Shown here piece by piece: positions 21,239 through 34,416 of a stretch of DNA of 39,605 nt. Under the pieces are notes generated by a model, which saw only the letters and a list, made by a program, of their open reading frames with translations, did not search any database and was not told the DNA's origin. Source of the stretch: a virus; IMG/VR virus record IMGVR_UViG_3300025121_000009; one strand, written 5' to 3'. Both the position numbers and the translations under genes were made by a program. Position 1 is the stretch's first letter. Every line of letters starts with the position of its first letter.

Positions 21239-22837
21239 TTACGCATTTGATATTATCATTTGAACTACGTTTGTTGCTGCACCAGCCGATATTGTAAAAC
21301 TCCTTGTAGGACTACTCCAAGCCCCCCAAGTGTTAGAACCACCTGGGTCAGTTGCTCTAACTCTCCAATAGTATGTATCTCCTGCTGGTAGCGCACTCCC
21401 TGCTGGTATTGTATAGGTTATCTCGTTTCCACTAGGAAAAGGATTAGGAGAACCTGTACCAGACCAGTTAGCATCGTCATCGGTAGAGGAGAGGGTGTCT
21501 ATTAAAGGTATTGCGGTATCGCTGTTGTCAAAATAGTAAGTATCAACCCCACTATCGTGAGTAACCTCGACTTCAAATCTGTAGAATCTTACAATGTAAG
21601 TTGAAGAGTATAAGTACCCCTTAACTTCAAGATGACTAACTTTTTCCCAATTCCAACCACCCGTAGGAACAGCTAGTGTTGTATATGCACTCCAGTCTGT
21701 TCCTCCAGTGTCGTTTGTAAAACCAAGTTCCTCCACAAGCCCATCGGTATAATAATATGCGCGTGCCTCCTGCGCCTCGTTAAGTTCATACGAGAACATT
21801 CTGGCACGAACCTGTGTTATTGAGTCACCAGAGGTAGGAGCATTAGTCCCCTCTCCCTTAATATAATATTGGGAAGTGCTACCATTCTGCGTAGTCGTTT
21901 GTGCATAAGTTGATGTTGAACCATCAAAAGCCTGAGCATCATCTGTCCAAACACCATCTGGGTCATAGGGCGCACTCTGACCATTGAAAGTATTCACCGT
22001 ATCCACCTGTACCTCATATTCAACTTCACTAGCATTAGCATCTGTTCCTGTAAACTGGAAAGCTGGAGTTGTATCTGTAATAGTAGCTGCGTCTACAACA
22101 TTCGTTCCCAGAGTAACAGTAGGAGAGAACTCTGGTATTAAAGCAAAACCAACTACACCCCAGGGACACGATGTAATAGCATCCGTTCCACCGTTAATTG
22201 TTCCTGCACTAGCCATTACAGCAGTAACAAGTGCTATTGTTCCATCAGTACCAGCACTGTCTCCATAAGCTGCAACTGGGTATGTCCAATCCCCACCAGT
22301 TTCACCAGTCATAGCAGTTAGCTCAGTAGCTTGTGGATCGTCATTTGTTGCTATAAAGTTGAGAGCCAACCTACCAAGACCTAGTGTAGTAACACCTACA
22401 TCAGCAACAGAGTTGGAAGTAGCAGCTGCAGAAGCCACACCACCAGCAGTACCATTTTCTATAACTAGTGCTAAAGTACCACCCTTACTTACACCACTAA
22501 ACTCATACATTCTTGCAAAGACATCTTCACTTGTACTATTTCCACCAGTAAAGGTGGGTGCAGTTGTAGAAAGAGAACGCCCAATCCAAAGGTATTGTCT
22601 GGCTTCGTCTGAACCACCAACCGAATACTCCCCAATAGCAGTCCATGTGTTATCTGTACCTGCTAAGTTTTCAATATTAGTTGCACTGGTAAAAGTTACA
22701 GCACCATCAGTCGTTCCGTCTTGAACAATTTGTAAAATGATTATATTACCAGCAGCACTTGGAGCAGCACCAGTAATGGTAAACGCACCCCCTGCGTCTG
22801 TTGCACCTGTACTAGCTGTAATATACGAAATAGCCAT
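21239..22837 (-). CDS. Fibre or receptor-binding-like structural protein with a C-terminal Fn3/Ig-like segment
   Basis: Thr/Gly/Ala-rich and beta-rich. The C-terminal YYWRVRATDPGGSNTWGAWSSPTRSFTI is Fn3-like. It lies directly after the collagen-like fibre gene. Confidence 0.45.
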   Translation of the reverse strand: MAISYITASTGATDAGGAFTITGAAPSAAGNIIILQIVQDGTTDGAVTFTSATNIENLAGTDNTWTAIGEYSVGGSDEARQYLWIGRSLSTTAPTFTGGNSTSEDVFARMYEFSGVSKGGTLALVIENGTAGGVASAAATSNSVADVGVTTLGLGRLALNFIATNDDPQATELTAMTGETGGDWTYPVAAYGDSAGTDGTIALVTAVMASAGTINGGTDAITSCPWGVVGFALIPEFSPTVTLGTNVVDAATITDTTPAFQFTGTDANASEVEYEVQVDTVNTFNGQSAPYDPDGVWTDDAQAFDGSTSTYAQTTTQNGSTSQYYIKGEGTNAPTSGDSITQVRARMFSYELNEAQEARAYYYTDGLVEELGFTNDTGGTDWSAYTTLAVPTGGWNWEKVSHLEVKGYLYSSTYIVRFYRFEVEVTHDSGVDTYYFDNSDTAIPLIDTLSSTDDDANWSGTGSPNPFPSGNEITYTIPAGSALPAGDTYYWRVRATDPGGSNTWGAWSSPTRSFTISAGAATNVVQMIISNA

Positions 22838-22866
22838 TATTCATTCAGTATTATATTAAACCAACA

Positions 22867-26304
<3,438 letters not shown>

Positions 26305-26306
26305 TG

Positions 26307-26573
26307 TTAAATGTCGTTTATTTTAGTCCAAATGTTTGCTATATCAGCAATATCAGTCCATATTTCCACATCCTCGCCATGGCTTATTACTATATAGTCA
26401 AGTCTTGCCTCTGTCATTATGTCGTCTCTATCACCCTCTGTACAAAGCCTTATAAGCCCTCCATAAGCCTTCCACTGTATTACATCATCTGCCACCTCAC
26501 TATAACTAGTGGTAGCATCTGTAATCTTAGTAAAGCTTGTAGGGATGTCTGCTATTTTTGTGTAAGTAGTCAT
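26307..26573 (-). CDS. Hypothetical virion protein (88 aa)
   Basis: ATGA-type overlap upstream. The stop lies 2 nt before the fibre ATG. Confidence 0.45.
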   Translation of the reverse strand: MTTYTKIADIPTSFTKITDATTSYSEVADDVIQWKAYGGLIRLCTEGDRDDIMTEARLDYIVISHGEDVEIWTDIADIANIWTKINDI

Positions 26574-27232
26574 TATAACCCTCCATACTCATCTACAAGT
26601 GCGATTGTTCCACCACTATCTATGTTTCTTTCTACAATATTGTTCTCCATTTCGTCTAAACCACCTCTAAATTGAATCATAAAGTCGTCACCTTCTTGCT
26701 TCAATCCTAGTGTATATTTAGCCTTCCCTGCTGCGTATAAAGGCAGTAAACTATCGTAATCAAGTGGAAGTCCTGTAACATCACTATCCCCACTCATATC
26801 GGCAGGGTTTTCTACATAAAGCATGTACAAACCATCCGTTACAGCAACAAGAGGTGTTGGTCTAAGCTCAAACATATTCCCTATTATTGTGTACTTTGGG
26901 TTGCTTTGTGAAAATTGGTCTGTACTATCTCTTATTTCTGAAACATCTATTTGATTAACCTTAACCCTATCGGTTGCATTAACATACCCTATCTCTAGTC
27001 TTGCAAACTTTCTAAAATCTGTTGGAAGTGAATACAATGATTGGTTGGCGACTGTATCAGCCTTAGCAATCCTTAAAAAGTAATTCTGTCCTAATGTAAG
27101 GAGTCTATTAAGTACTAAGTCTCTTGCTGTGTTTAAGTCTCTTTTAACCTGAGTCGTTGTAACAGTGCTATTAGCACTTATTGTCATATTGAGTAAATCC
27201 CCAACCTCTGTTTGCATTACCGAGAATGTCAT
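26573..27232 (-). CDS. Candidate head-tail connector or adaptor protein
   Basis: 219 aa, placed between the capsid block and the fibre genes. Assigned by synteny only. Confidence 0.35.
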   Translation of the reverse strand: MTFSVMQTEVGDLLNMTISANSTVTTTQVKRDLNTARDLVLNRLLTLGQNYFLRIAKADTVANQSLYSLPTDFRKFARLEIGYVNATDRVKVNQIDVSEIRDSTDQFSQSNPKYTIIGNMFELRPTPLVAVTDGLYMLYVENPADMSGDSDVTGLPLDYDSLLPLYAAGKAKYTLGLKQEGDDFMIQFRGGLDEMENNIVERNIDSGGTIALVDEYGGL

Positions 27233-27270
27233 ATTATTACATTGTAAATTAATACATCCTCGTATACTTA

Positions 27271-27279
27271 ATTATACCA
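27271..27279 (-). promoter_or_regulatory. Extended -10 promoter TGGTATAAT
   Basis: The minus strand reads GTGGTATAATTAAGTATACGAGGAT. Confidence 0.5.
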
Positions 27280-27282
27280 CGA

Positions 27283-28461
27283 CTACAAAAGTTCCCCTTG
27301 AACATCTTTAGGTAAAATACTCTTATAAAGCTTGACTAAATGCCCCGCTTCAATATCAATATTCCTCTCTTTTTTAACCCACTCTTGCCCTGTTTTTACC
27401 TTTTCTTGCCAGTTTTTACCTGCCTTAATATCCTCTATCATAGCTCTCAACTTCACTTCAAACTCACCATTATCCTTAAAAGGATAGCTATTGTCCTCTG
27501 TAACGACCCTTGAGTAAGGCAACATATTCTTAACCACACAAGGAACACCCTGTGCTGTAAACTCTACCCACTTTATCTCACTCTTGTACTCGTTAAAAGG
27601 CTTACTTTCAAGTGGAATAATAGCACCATCAAGTCCCATGGTCTTAATCCTGTATGTATAGGCCCTAAATGGATACCAAGGATACCTTGTAACCCTATCT
27701 TCTATCTCTTTGAACTGATTTCTGTAATAACTTCCTAAAATATGTAGTGTAACCTCTGGATAATCCTTTAAAACCCTATTTAAAGGCTCTTTTATCTCTT
27801 CCCAGTCCCCCAAATGGCTCACACCACCCTGCCAACCTAGTCTAATCTCACCTTTTTTCTTATCTTTTGGTAAAAAAGTCCCCTCTGGGTACAAATCATA
27901 GTTAATAGCATTGTGAACAATACCAGTTTTAACCTCTTTACTACCAAACTGTGCATAGAAGTCTACAAGGTTCTCTACAGGTCCTGTAATGAGCTGAGAC
28001 GCTGCTAAAATATACAGTAGATTCATTTGTCCACTTAAATTAGTATACCTGTTAAACCCGTCTGTTAATCCTGTTACCCATACTGGTTTAAGATTGCCAT
28101 TAAATAAAGCCCAAGCGTCTTCTGTACCAAACTCTTTATAATGCTCACTCGTTGGCAATACCTCCATTGTATTATCATCATGGTCAAACACCATAGGCTT
28201 GTTAGGGTCTACCTCTTCTTTAATCAATTTGTAATACTGATAATCTCCTAGCCTACCAACAACAACATCAGCACTTTTTATCATTTCAATTTGCTTGTTA
28301 GCTTCCTCATGTCCGTCCATTAAGTAGCTTTTAACATCACTTCTCAACTGAAAGGCATCATCAAATTGCCTTATCCTATACCAACCACACCCACCGTCAT
28401 CAGCTGGTAAAAATAATACTTGTAAAGGTCTTTTCCCTTTCGTCTTGGATTTATGACTCAT
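27283..28461 (-). CDS. Putative glycosyltransferase embedded in the head module (392 aa from the SD-led ATG; the track start is 28509)
   Basis: The ATG at 28461 is preceded by TTAAGCGAGGATACT, the same RBS string as the methyltransferase at 36716. The N-terminus VLFLPADDGGCGWYRIRQ resembles GT-B N-terminal nucleotide-sugar folds. Weak call. Confidence 0.45.
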   Translation of the reverse strand: MSHKSKTKGKRPLQVLFLPADDGGCGWYRIRQFDDAFQLRSDVKSYLMDGHEEANKQIEMIKSADVVVGRLGDYQYYKLIKEEVDPNKPMVFDHDDNTMEVLPTSEHYKEFGTEDAWALFNGNLKPVWVTGLTDGFNRYTNLSGQMNLLYILAASQLITGPVENLVDFYAQFGSKEVKTGIVHNAINYDLYPEGTFLPKDKKKGEIRLGWQGGVSHLGDWEEIKEPLNRVLKDYPEVTLHILGSYYRNQFKEIEDRVTRYPWYPFRAYTYRIKTMGLDGAIIPLESKPFNEYKSEIKWVEFTAQGVPCVVKNMLPYSRVVTEDNSYPFKDNGEFEVKLRAMIEDIKAGKNWQEKVKTGQEWVKKERNIDIEAGHLVKLYKSILPKDVQGELL

Positions 28462-28478
28462 AGTATCCTCGCTTAAAA

Positions 28479-28880
28479 TTATATTGTTCTTGGGTCTACT
28501 GTTAAACACAGTTGCCCCAACTCATCTTCTACAAACGCCTCTTTAAACTTCTCAGGGTTAGTCAACACATCATCACCCCACATCTGCCTAGCCACATACA
28601 ACATTTCATTTGGTACTTTAGCAATAAGTCTCCAGTCTCTCTCGTTATTAAACCCATCAGTATTTTGTTTAAGCCTTGCGTTATCAGCAAACACTCCATT
28701 AAAACCACTCTTAACACCCTTATTCATCTTAGCTTTACGAGCAGCTTCAATTTTCTCTCCTATTGCTGTTGCTAGTATTCTTTCTTGTTCTTTGTTTTTG
28801 GGTGCCAAGTCTTGTAACATCTTCATTACTTCACTGGTACTCTTTTCTAGTTTATTACCCTCTGGGTCTATTAATTCCAT
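28479..28880 (-). CDS. Hypothetical protein (133 aa)
   Basis: ORF directly after the promoter at 28886-28894. No motif. Confidence 0.5.
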   Translation of the reverse strand: MELIDPEGNKLEKSTSEVMKMLQDLAPKNKEQERILATAIGEKIEAARKAKMNKGVKSGFNGVFADNARLKQNTDGFNNERDWRLIAKVPNEMLYVARQMWGDDVLTNPEKFKEAFVEDELGQLCLTVDPRTI

Positions 28881-28885
28881 ATCAT

Positions 28886-28894
28886 ATTATACCA
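28886..28894 (-). promoter_or_regulatory. Extended -10 promoter TGGTATAAT 5 nt from the ATG (predicts a leaderless mRNA)
   Basis: The minus strand reads ATGGTATAATATGATATGGAA. Confidence 0.5.
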
Positions 28895-28901
28895 TTACAA
28901 C

Positions 28902-28922
28902 AAAAAAGGGGCCTAAGCCCCC
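28902..28922 (-). terminator. Intrinsic terminator after the major capsid gene
   Basis: The minus strand reads GGGGC-TTAG-GCCCC followed by TTTTTT. Confidence 0.7.
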
Positions 28923-28943
28923 TCTCTGCTACTTGAATAGTAA

Positions 28944-29819
28944 TTAGCTTACTAATCCAGTCATCTTACCGTTCATAGCTTCTGCTCTTGCTTCAAGAGT
29001 TAGCTCTCCGATAAGGACACCATTCTTAGCGTCTGCTGTCTCTGGTGTATCTTTCTTGCTGACAGGTCTTAACTGTGCAACTGCCCACATATCTTTCTGC
29101 AATACTGCTAATTCTGTTGCAGCTATTTGGCTATCTCCCTCTACTGAGAGTCTTCCAAATGGTGATTGATATACTAATGTTTCGTTAGTATAAGTCGTGT
29201 TGCCATCGTTAAATGTTCTCTTTGCTGCCATTAAAGCCGCAATAGCGTTTACCTGTGTGTAAGAACCTAGTAACCAATCTGGTCTACCACCGTTCTCATA
29301 ACAACTTTGAATTAAGCTGTTAAGTTCTGCTGCTGCTAATGCTCTACCAGTACCAGTTCCAGTTGAAATATTGGTCGTAATGAATGCCATTATTCCCTTT
29401 AATCTTCTACCAGTTCCTGATGCTCCTGAGTTTGCAGTTCCGTTGATAAGAGCTTTCTCAATGTCTCTACCAATAGCTTCTAGTCCTACTTTTACTCTAA
29501 ATGCGTACTCGTCTTCCATTCCTGCTGGATCTACAGCCTGTTGAGTCTGTGATACCTGGAATGTCTTACTGAATATCTGAGTATAGTTAGATAGTCTGCT
29601 TGGTGCTGTCAATGCTCCGTATGAGAAACTTGCTCCCTCAACCTGTGCATTTACTGCTGCGGCATCCTGTGCGTATGTGCTCCACTCATGAATTGAGTTT
29701 CTTGCACTGACTTTTCTTAGCTTTGCGTAAGCTGGTGTAGTCATATCACCAATTTTTGTTAATACATCTGTCAAATCTTCATGATTTGTAGATGAATCGT
29801 ATGTCTGATAAACAGCCAT
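28944..29819 (-). CDS. Major capsid protein
   Basis: 291 aa, following the scaffold gene and followed by a strong terminator. The N-terminal pattern NHEDLTDVLTKI..TPAYAKL..ARNSIHEW resembles HK97-fold (SU10-type) capsid proteins. Confidence 0.6.
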   Translation of the reverse strand: MAVYQTYDSSTNHEDLTDVLTKIGDMTTPAYAKLRKVSARNSIHEWSTYAQDAAAVNAQVEGASFSYGALTAPSRLSNYTQIFSKTFQVSQTQQAVDPAGMEDEYAFRVKVGLEAIGRDIEKALINGTANSGASGTGRRLKGIMAFITTNISTGTGTGRALAAAELNSLIQSCYENGGRPDWLLGSYTQVNAIAALMAAKRTFNDGNTTYTNETLVYQSPFGRLSVEGDSQIAATELAVLQKDMWAVAQLRPVSKKDTPETADAKNGVLIGELTLEARAEAMNGKMTGLVS

Positions 29820-29918
29820 GTTAGTATCTAAAATAGTTTAAAGTCCTCGTGTCTCTTAATGGCTGCTGCGATAATTTACGCTTTTCCAATTCCTAACCTA
29901 TATGTTAAGGCTGTCTTT

Positions 29919-30656
29919 TTAAGACTTAGGCATTGGTGCATGCTTCTTAAGAAACTGTGTAAAATCTCCAGTTTTACTTGCAGCCTCTAGCTCTGAACTT
30001 CTAGTATCGTTTACTTGGTTCATGCCTCCTTGCTGCTTCTCTGAAAATGTTGAGCTTCTCTGTTGCTTTGCTTTTGTCTCGGCTATCTGGTCAAGGTATT
30101 TGAGTTTATAAGCTGTCTCAGGGTCAGATATATACTGTCCACTCTTAGCTAACTCATCCATGTACTCTGCCACTTCTGTAGCAACAAACTTAGGCATACC
30201 ATCCGAGCCATCGTGCTTACCCTCTAGTCTATTACATTCTGCAATAAACATGTTGGCAGCTTTCTGCTCTTGTGCCATTTTCTCCTGTTCCTCTTTAGTA
30301 ACAAATCCAAGCTTTTGTAGAGTTTGTTTTGCAACCTCTAATTGCTCTTCTTGGTACTGTTGCTCTGGAGTCATGGTTGAAAGTCTTTCACTTTCACTCT
30401 TTTGCCTCTCTATCTCTTCCATTTTCTTACGAAGTTCATTCCTTTCGGAAATTACTTCATCTAAACGAGCTTTCGGTATAAGTTGTCCGTTAGCGTCTCT
30501 ATCGGAACCTACCGTGCTATCCTGTTCTATTTCTTGAGTGGTTTGCGTCTTCTCTGACGATTCAACAGAAATATTCTCAGTGCTTGTTTCTACTGGTGCT
30601 GATGCAGTAACGGAAGCCTCCGTTGGTGTTGCAGCTATTGAGTTTGTGTCCTCCAT
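29919..30656 (-). CDS. Scaffolding protein candidate
   Basis: Acidic, Glu/Gln/Lys-rich helical sequence lying between the portal and capsid genes. Confidence 0.5.
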   Translation of the reverse strand: MEDTNSIAATPTEASVTASAPVETSTENISVESSEKTQTTQEIEQDSTVGSDRDANGQLIPKARLDEVISERNELRKKMEEIERQKSESERLSTMTPEQQYQEEQLEVAKQTLQKLGFVTKEEQEKMAQEQKAANMFIAECNRLEGKHDGSDGMPKFVATEVAEYMDELAKSGQYISDPETAYKLKYLDQIAETKAKQQRSSTFSEKQQGGMNQVNDTRSSELEAASKTGDFTQFLKKHAPMPKS

Positions 30657-30779
30657 TAAACTTGCCTACATTTTAACGACTTCTGTGTCGTACAGGCTAA
30701 AACAATTTAAATATAAAGAGCTAATATGCTCACTGTGTAATGGGCCGAGGATAGACCCACTACGCACTAAGTACATTAA

Positions 30780-30788
30780 ATTATAACA
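30780..30788 (-). promoter_or_regulatory. Extended -10 promoter TGTTATAAT with a leader of about 125 nt ahead of the scaffold gene
   Basis: The minus strand reads CATGTTATAATTTAATG. The leader contains the hairpin TGGGTC-TATCCTC-GGCCCA. Confidence 0.45.
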
Positions 30789-30803
30789 TGCTCGTAACAC
30801 TAC

Positions 30804-32486
30804 TTAGGGTACCTGTAATTGCATACCCTCTGGTAGTGGCATGTTAGGATCCATTTCTGTCGGCATTCCTCCCTGTGGCTCAGGTGGCATTTGTTCTTCT
30901 AGTAACCTCTCTGCTTCTTCTTCGCTGTCAATGTCTAATCCCTCAAGTAGGGTCTTTCTACTCACATCTCCACCTGCTCTTAGGGTCATTAGTATCTCTT
31001 TCTTACCCTCTTTGGTATGTGCTACCCCACTGGTTATTCTTACCTTAACCTCTGGGTTAGATGGTATTGCAACAACCTGCATAAGTCTTTTCATTTCCTT
31101 TGGTTCCATTCCACCACCTAATATTCCATAATACTCCCCTGTAGAGCTTCTGAATGGCTTTGTAAGTAACTGATACTTGTATCCCATTTCAAGTATGTCT
31201 TCTCCAAGCCTTGCTAAGGTGCTAGATAGGTTGTTTACCAAGTCGTACAACTGGTTAAAGTTAGCTGCAATTAAGCTTTCAATAGCTATTCCACTCTTAA
31301 CTCCTGTTGGTGTTTGTCCAATGAATGCTTCGTTTGCAGCACCTATTAACTGAATGTATGTTCCTAGTGCATTAATCTGCCTGTCTACATCACTTCCCAT
31401 TGGAGGTGTTGGTAGGAACTCTGGTTTAAATCCGTTCTTATAATATATCTTTTCACCATTTTGATTTGTAACACTCTTAACCCCTGCACCCTTTGGTATG
31501 AGAAGTCTTCCCTTGTTTATGAGGATGTTGTACTCAAGCCTACTTGTTTCAAGGTAATTAGAAGCTTTATTAAGAGGTACTATGTTTTTTACCCAACCCT
31601 CACCATAAATACCACCTATGTTAATATCAGGTTGATATATTTCAAATGGAAGTTTCTTAAACTCAGATAGCTCGTTTCTTAGTATCTCGTCATTACAAGT
31701 TGTTATTACTCGTATACCGTCTTTAGTAACACACCATGTCTCGTGAAGTATTAGGTTTTTGGTAGAATTACTCGTGTTATTTTCACTATTAAGTATGAGG
31801 TTTTTATAATCACTTTCACTCAGTGCCGAGGTGGTACTTAAATCTTCTATTATCTTCTTGTCGTAGTTAGGGTTGTCTTTAATAAGTTCGTAAGGCTTGC
31901 TCATAACCTTAACAACATACCTTGCGTCTTCCATACTTGTACAATATGGGTCAATGTAGGTATCAAACGGATCAAGTGCTTCTATCCAAGCATTCCCCTC
32001 TCCATCGTCTAACCTATCATCGTATCCGTACTGAAATACACCAAGTCCGTAAAGCAAACCATACAACAACCCCTTGTTCATTTTCTCTTCTATATTGAGC
32101 CTGTCGTATTGGAACGCTAAGTATTCACCTAATATTCTACTTGTATCTTTATCTAATTCCCCGTAAGGCAAAGCGTCTACATCCCAAGTAGGTCTTGTCT
32201 TCATTACAGCGTTTCTTACAGCTCTACACACCATATATGTATGGTTAATGTAAAAGGTAAGTGGGTTTCTAACATCTTTTACAAAACTACCTGTTGTTTT
32301 ATCAAACTTGAGGTTCTGGTTGCCCTTGTAGTACATGTAATTAACAAACCACTGCAACTCTACTTTCTCTCCTCTCCAGTTTCTACTTTCTTCAAACTTC
32401 TCTTTAGTATAGGATAGCCAATATGCTTTATCATACTCCTTTTTTTTCCCCTTTTCCTCGTAGTCTTGGGCTGTACTTGTTGCCAT
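30804..32486 (-). CDS. Portal protein
   Basis: 560 aa, lying after TerL with only the small TM gene at 32518..32775 between them, and with an acidic C-terminus. Assigned from synteny and size. Confidence 0.6.
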   Translation of the reverse strand: MATSTAQDYEEKGKKKEYDKAYWLSYTKEKFEESRNWRGEKVELQWFVNYMYYKGNQNLKFDKTTGSFVKDVRNPLTFYINHTYMVCRAVRNAVMKTRPTWDVDALPYGELDKDTSRILGEYLAFQYDRLNIEEKMNKGLLYGLLYGLGVFQYGYDDRLDDGEGNAWIEALDPFDTYIDPYCTSMEDARYVVKVMSKPYELIKDNPNYDKKIIEDLSTTSALSESDYKNLILNSENNTSNSTKNLILHETWCVTKDGIRVITTCNDEILRNELSEFKKLPFEIYQPDINIGGIYGEGWVKNIVPLNKASNYLETSRLEYNILINKGRLLIPKGAGVKSVTNQNGEKIYYKNGFKPEFLPTPPMGSDVDRQINALGTYIQLIGAANEAFIGQTPTGVKSGIAIESLIAANFNQLYDLVNNLSSTLARLGEDILEMGYKYQLLTKPFRSSTGEYYGILGGGMEPKEMKRLMQVVAIPSNPEVKVRITSGVAHTKEGKKEILMTLRAGGDVSRKTLLEGLDIDSEEEAERLLEEQMPPEPQGGMPTEMDPNMPLPEGMQLQVP

Positions 32487-32517
32487 TTGTATTTACTAAC
32501 TAGATTAAGTTCCTCGT

Positions 32518-32775
32518 TTACTTTTCGTTTTTCTCTAAAGCTTCTGCTATTACACTATCAATGTTTTCAAGCTCTACTAAATTACTAACATCCTCAACCT
32601 CTTCTTCTTGTGGCTCACTAAAGGTTGTGTACTCTGGTAAGTCCCTTGCTTTAAGTAGTTTCTGAAGCTCTCTTCTTTCCCTTGAACCTGTTAGTATCTG
32701 TAAAGAGGCTATAACCCCAAGAGCTATTACTGCTATACCAAGTAAAATACACAATACAATGACTATTGTTTCCAT
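32518..32775 (-). CDS. Small membrane protein (85 aa from the second ATG; the track start is 32781)
   Basis: N-terminal TM segment IVIVLCILLGIAVIALGVIASL. The TATAAT lies 7 nt upstream of the ATG at 32775. Confidence 0.45.
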   Translation of the reverse strand: METIVIVLCILLGIAVIALGVIASLQILTGSRERRELQKLLKARDLPEYTTFSEPQEEEVEDVSNLVELENIDSVIAEALEKNEK

Positions 32776-32782
32776 ATACATA

Positions 32783-32791
32783 ATTATAACA
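32783..32791 (-). promoter_or_regulatory. Extended -10 promoter TGTTATAAT
   Basis: The minus strand reads ATATGTTATAATTATGTATATGG. Confidence 0.45.
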
Positions 32792-32793
32792 TA

Positions 32794-34128
32794 TTAGATA
32801 ATACCCCTATCACTCATCATGTCGTCAATTGTATCATTAATATCAATCTCTTCATCTTCCTCTTCTTGCTCAAGTAGCCCATACATATTAACCTTGGGGT
32901 GTTCAAAGTAGTCAGGTCGTGAGTGAATTACATACCTTAGGGTGTCTGCTAAGTCCTCCCCTAACTTAAATGGTTCTGCTCTACTACTATCTTTCTCTTC
33001 ATTCCACTTACGCCAATGATAATTATTCAACTCGTCTCTTAACATAGAACACCTCTTGGCTATAAACAATTTATCATCTCTAAACATTCTAGTTACCCTG
33101 TTAATTCCTGCCATAACATCATTATTACCAGGTACAAACCCCCACCCTTCCTCTTGCAGTTGGAACATCATACTCTGCCCACTTGTTTGCTGTGTTCCCT
33201 TACTTGCAGGGTCTATAATAAACATTTCTATATTATCCTCTCTAAGTCCATTTCTAGCCAACAACCCATGTAGTTGATTACTTATGTCTTTAGCTGTTAA
33301 GTATTGCTCTCTAAACTCATCAACAACAAACACATTACCATTGGTATCTTCTTTAACAAGTATTCCTGCTGTTGGATGGTTCCAACCTACATCTAATCCT
33401 ACAAAGTAAATATCGGTAATTTGTTTCTCTGTTTCTCTTACATGTCTTCTTTCATTGAAATCAGGATAAACAAGCCCTTCAAACTTCTCAAAGCTAGCTA
33501 AATACTCCTGCTTAAACATAATGTCGCTTAAATCTTTCTTTGCTTGTTCTACTAAACTCTTGTCAATGTACGGATTATCCAGTGTTGTAAACTTCCAAGC
33601 TTCAAACCCCTCCTCTTTACTTATTGCTGGTTTGTAAAAGGTGTCATACACCCAGTCATACCCTTGTGGGGTTGTTGTTACCCATGCTATACCATTCTTA
33701 TCTGTTAATGTTGGATATATTACTTCCCATACAGCCTTACTCATAAAACATGCCTCATCAAGCCATATCCAGTCCAGCCCTACACCCCTTAACCTATCAG
33801 GGTTCTCACCACTTCTAAGTGTTATTGTACTTCCATTAATTAACTCTAGCCTGTTGTCTGATTTATTCCAATCCCTTATAGCACTTGGTGGACACCACTC
33901 AAGCAGTATTGGTATGTTTACATCCTTAAGCATTTGATATGTAGGTGATATGATCCACCCATGAGTTGGTCTACCCTTAATCTTTGGTACTTGGTCTGCT
34001 TGCCATAAAGCCTCTATGGTACCTGCTACGCTCTTACCACCCCTTCTTCCTGCAATAAAGGTTCTAAACCTCGCGTTGGAAGCATGAAACTCTTTTTGGT
34101 ACTTATGTGGTTTATATGTTTGTATCAT
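32794..34128 (-). CDS. terL: Terminase large subunit
   Basis: Walker A (FIAGRRGGKS), Walker B-like (WIWLDEA) and a C-terminal nuclease-like half. The track start at 34131 is TTG and the ATG is at 34128. Confidence 0.8.
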   Translation of the reverse strand: MIQTYKPHKYQKEFHASNARFRTFIAGRRGGKSVAGTIEALWQADQVPKIKGRPTHGWIISPTYQMLKDVNIPILLEWCPPSAIRDWNKSDNRLELINGSTITLRSGENPDRLRGVGLDWIWLDEACFMSKAVWEVIYPTLTDKNGIAWVTTTPQGYDWVYDTFYKPAISKEEGFEAWKFTTLDNPYIDKSLVEQAKKDLSDIMFKQEYLASFEKFEGLVYPDFNERRHVRETEKQITDIYFVGLDVGWNHPTAGILVKEDTNGNVFVVDEFREQYLTAKDISNQLHGLLARNGLREDNIEMFIIDPASKGTQQTSGQSMMFQLQEEGWGFVPGNNDVMAGINRVTRMFRDDKLFIAKRCSMLRDELNNYHWRKWNEEKDSSRAEPFKLGEDLADTLRYVIHSRPDYFEHPKVNMYGLLEQEEEDEEIDINDTIDDMMSDRGII

Positions 34129-34399
34129 CAACGAATATCCCCGCAGTTATCTTCTCTCCCTGACTTGTCATGTCTACATTCTGCCTCGCCTTTCCTACAC
34201 CCATTTCAATTAGCCATTTGTAATTATCACTCTTAACCTTTTCATCATCAGTTGTTAATGTTATCCCCCATAAACCTCGCAGTGCACTATCAAGGATTGC
34301 AAGCTCATCGTAAACTATCATTAAGTCTTCGTAAGTGTGTCTTTGAATAATAGCTTTGTTCTCACTGTCTTGTACTATGTCTTTTACTTTCTTTAGCAT
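34112..34399 (-). CDS. Candidate terminase small subunit (95 aa)
   Basis: Lies immediately upstream of terL and overlaps it. No motif. Confidence 0.3.
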   Translation of the reverse strand: MLKKVKDIVQDSENKAIIQRHTYEDLMIVYDELAILDSALRGLWGITLTTDDEKVKSDNYKWLIEMGVGKARQNVDMTSQGEKITAGIFVDDTNI

Positions 34400-34416
34400 T
34401 ACTAATTATGGGCTTA

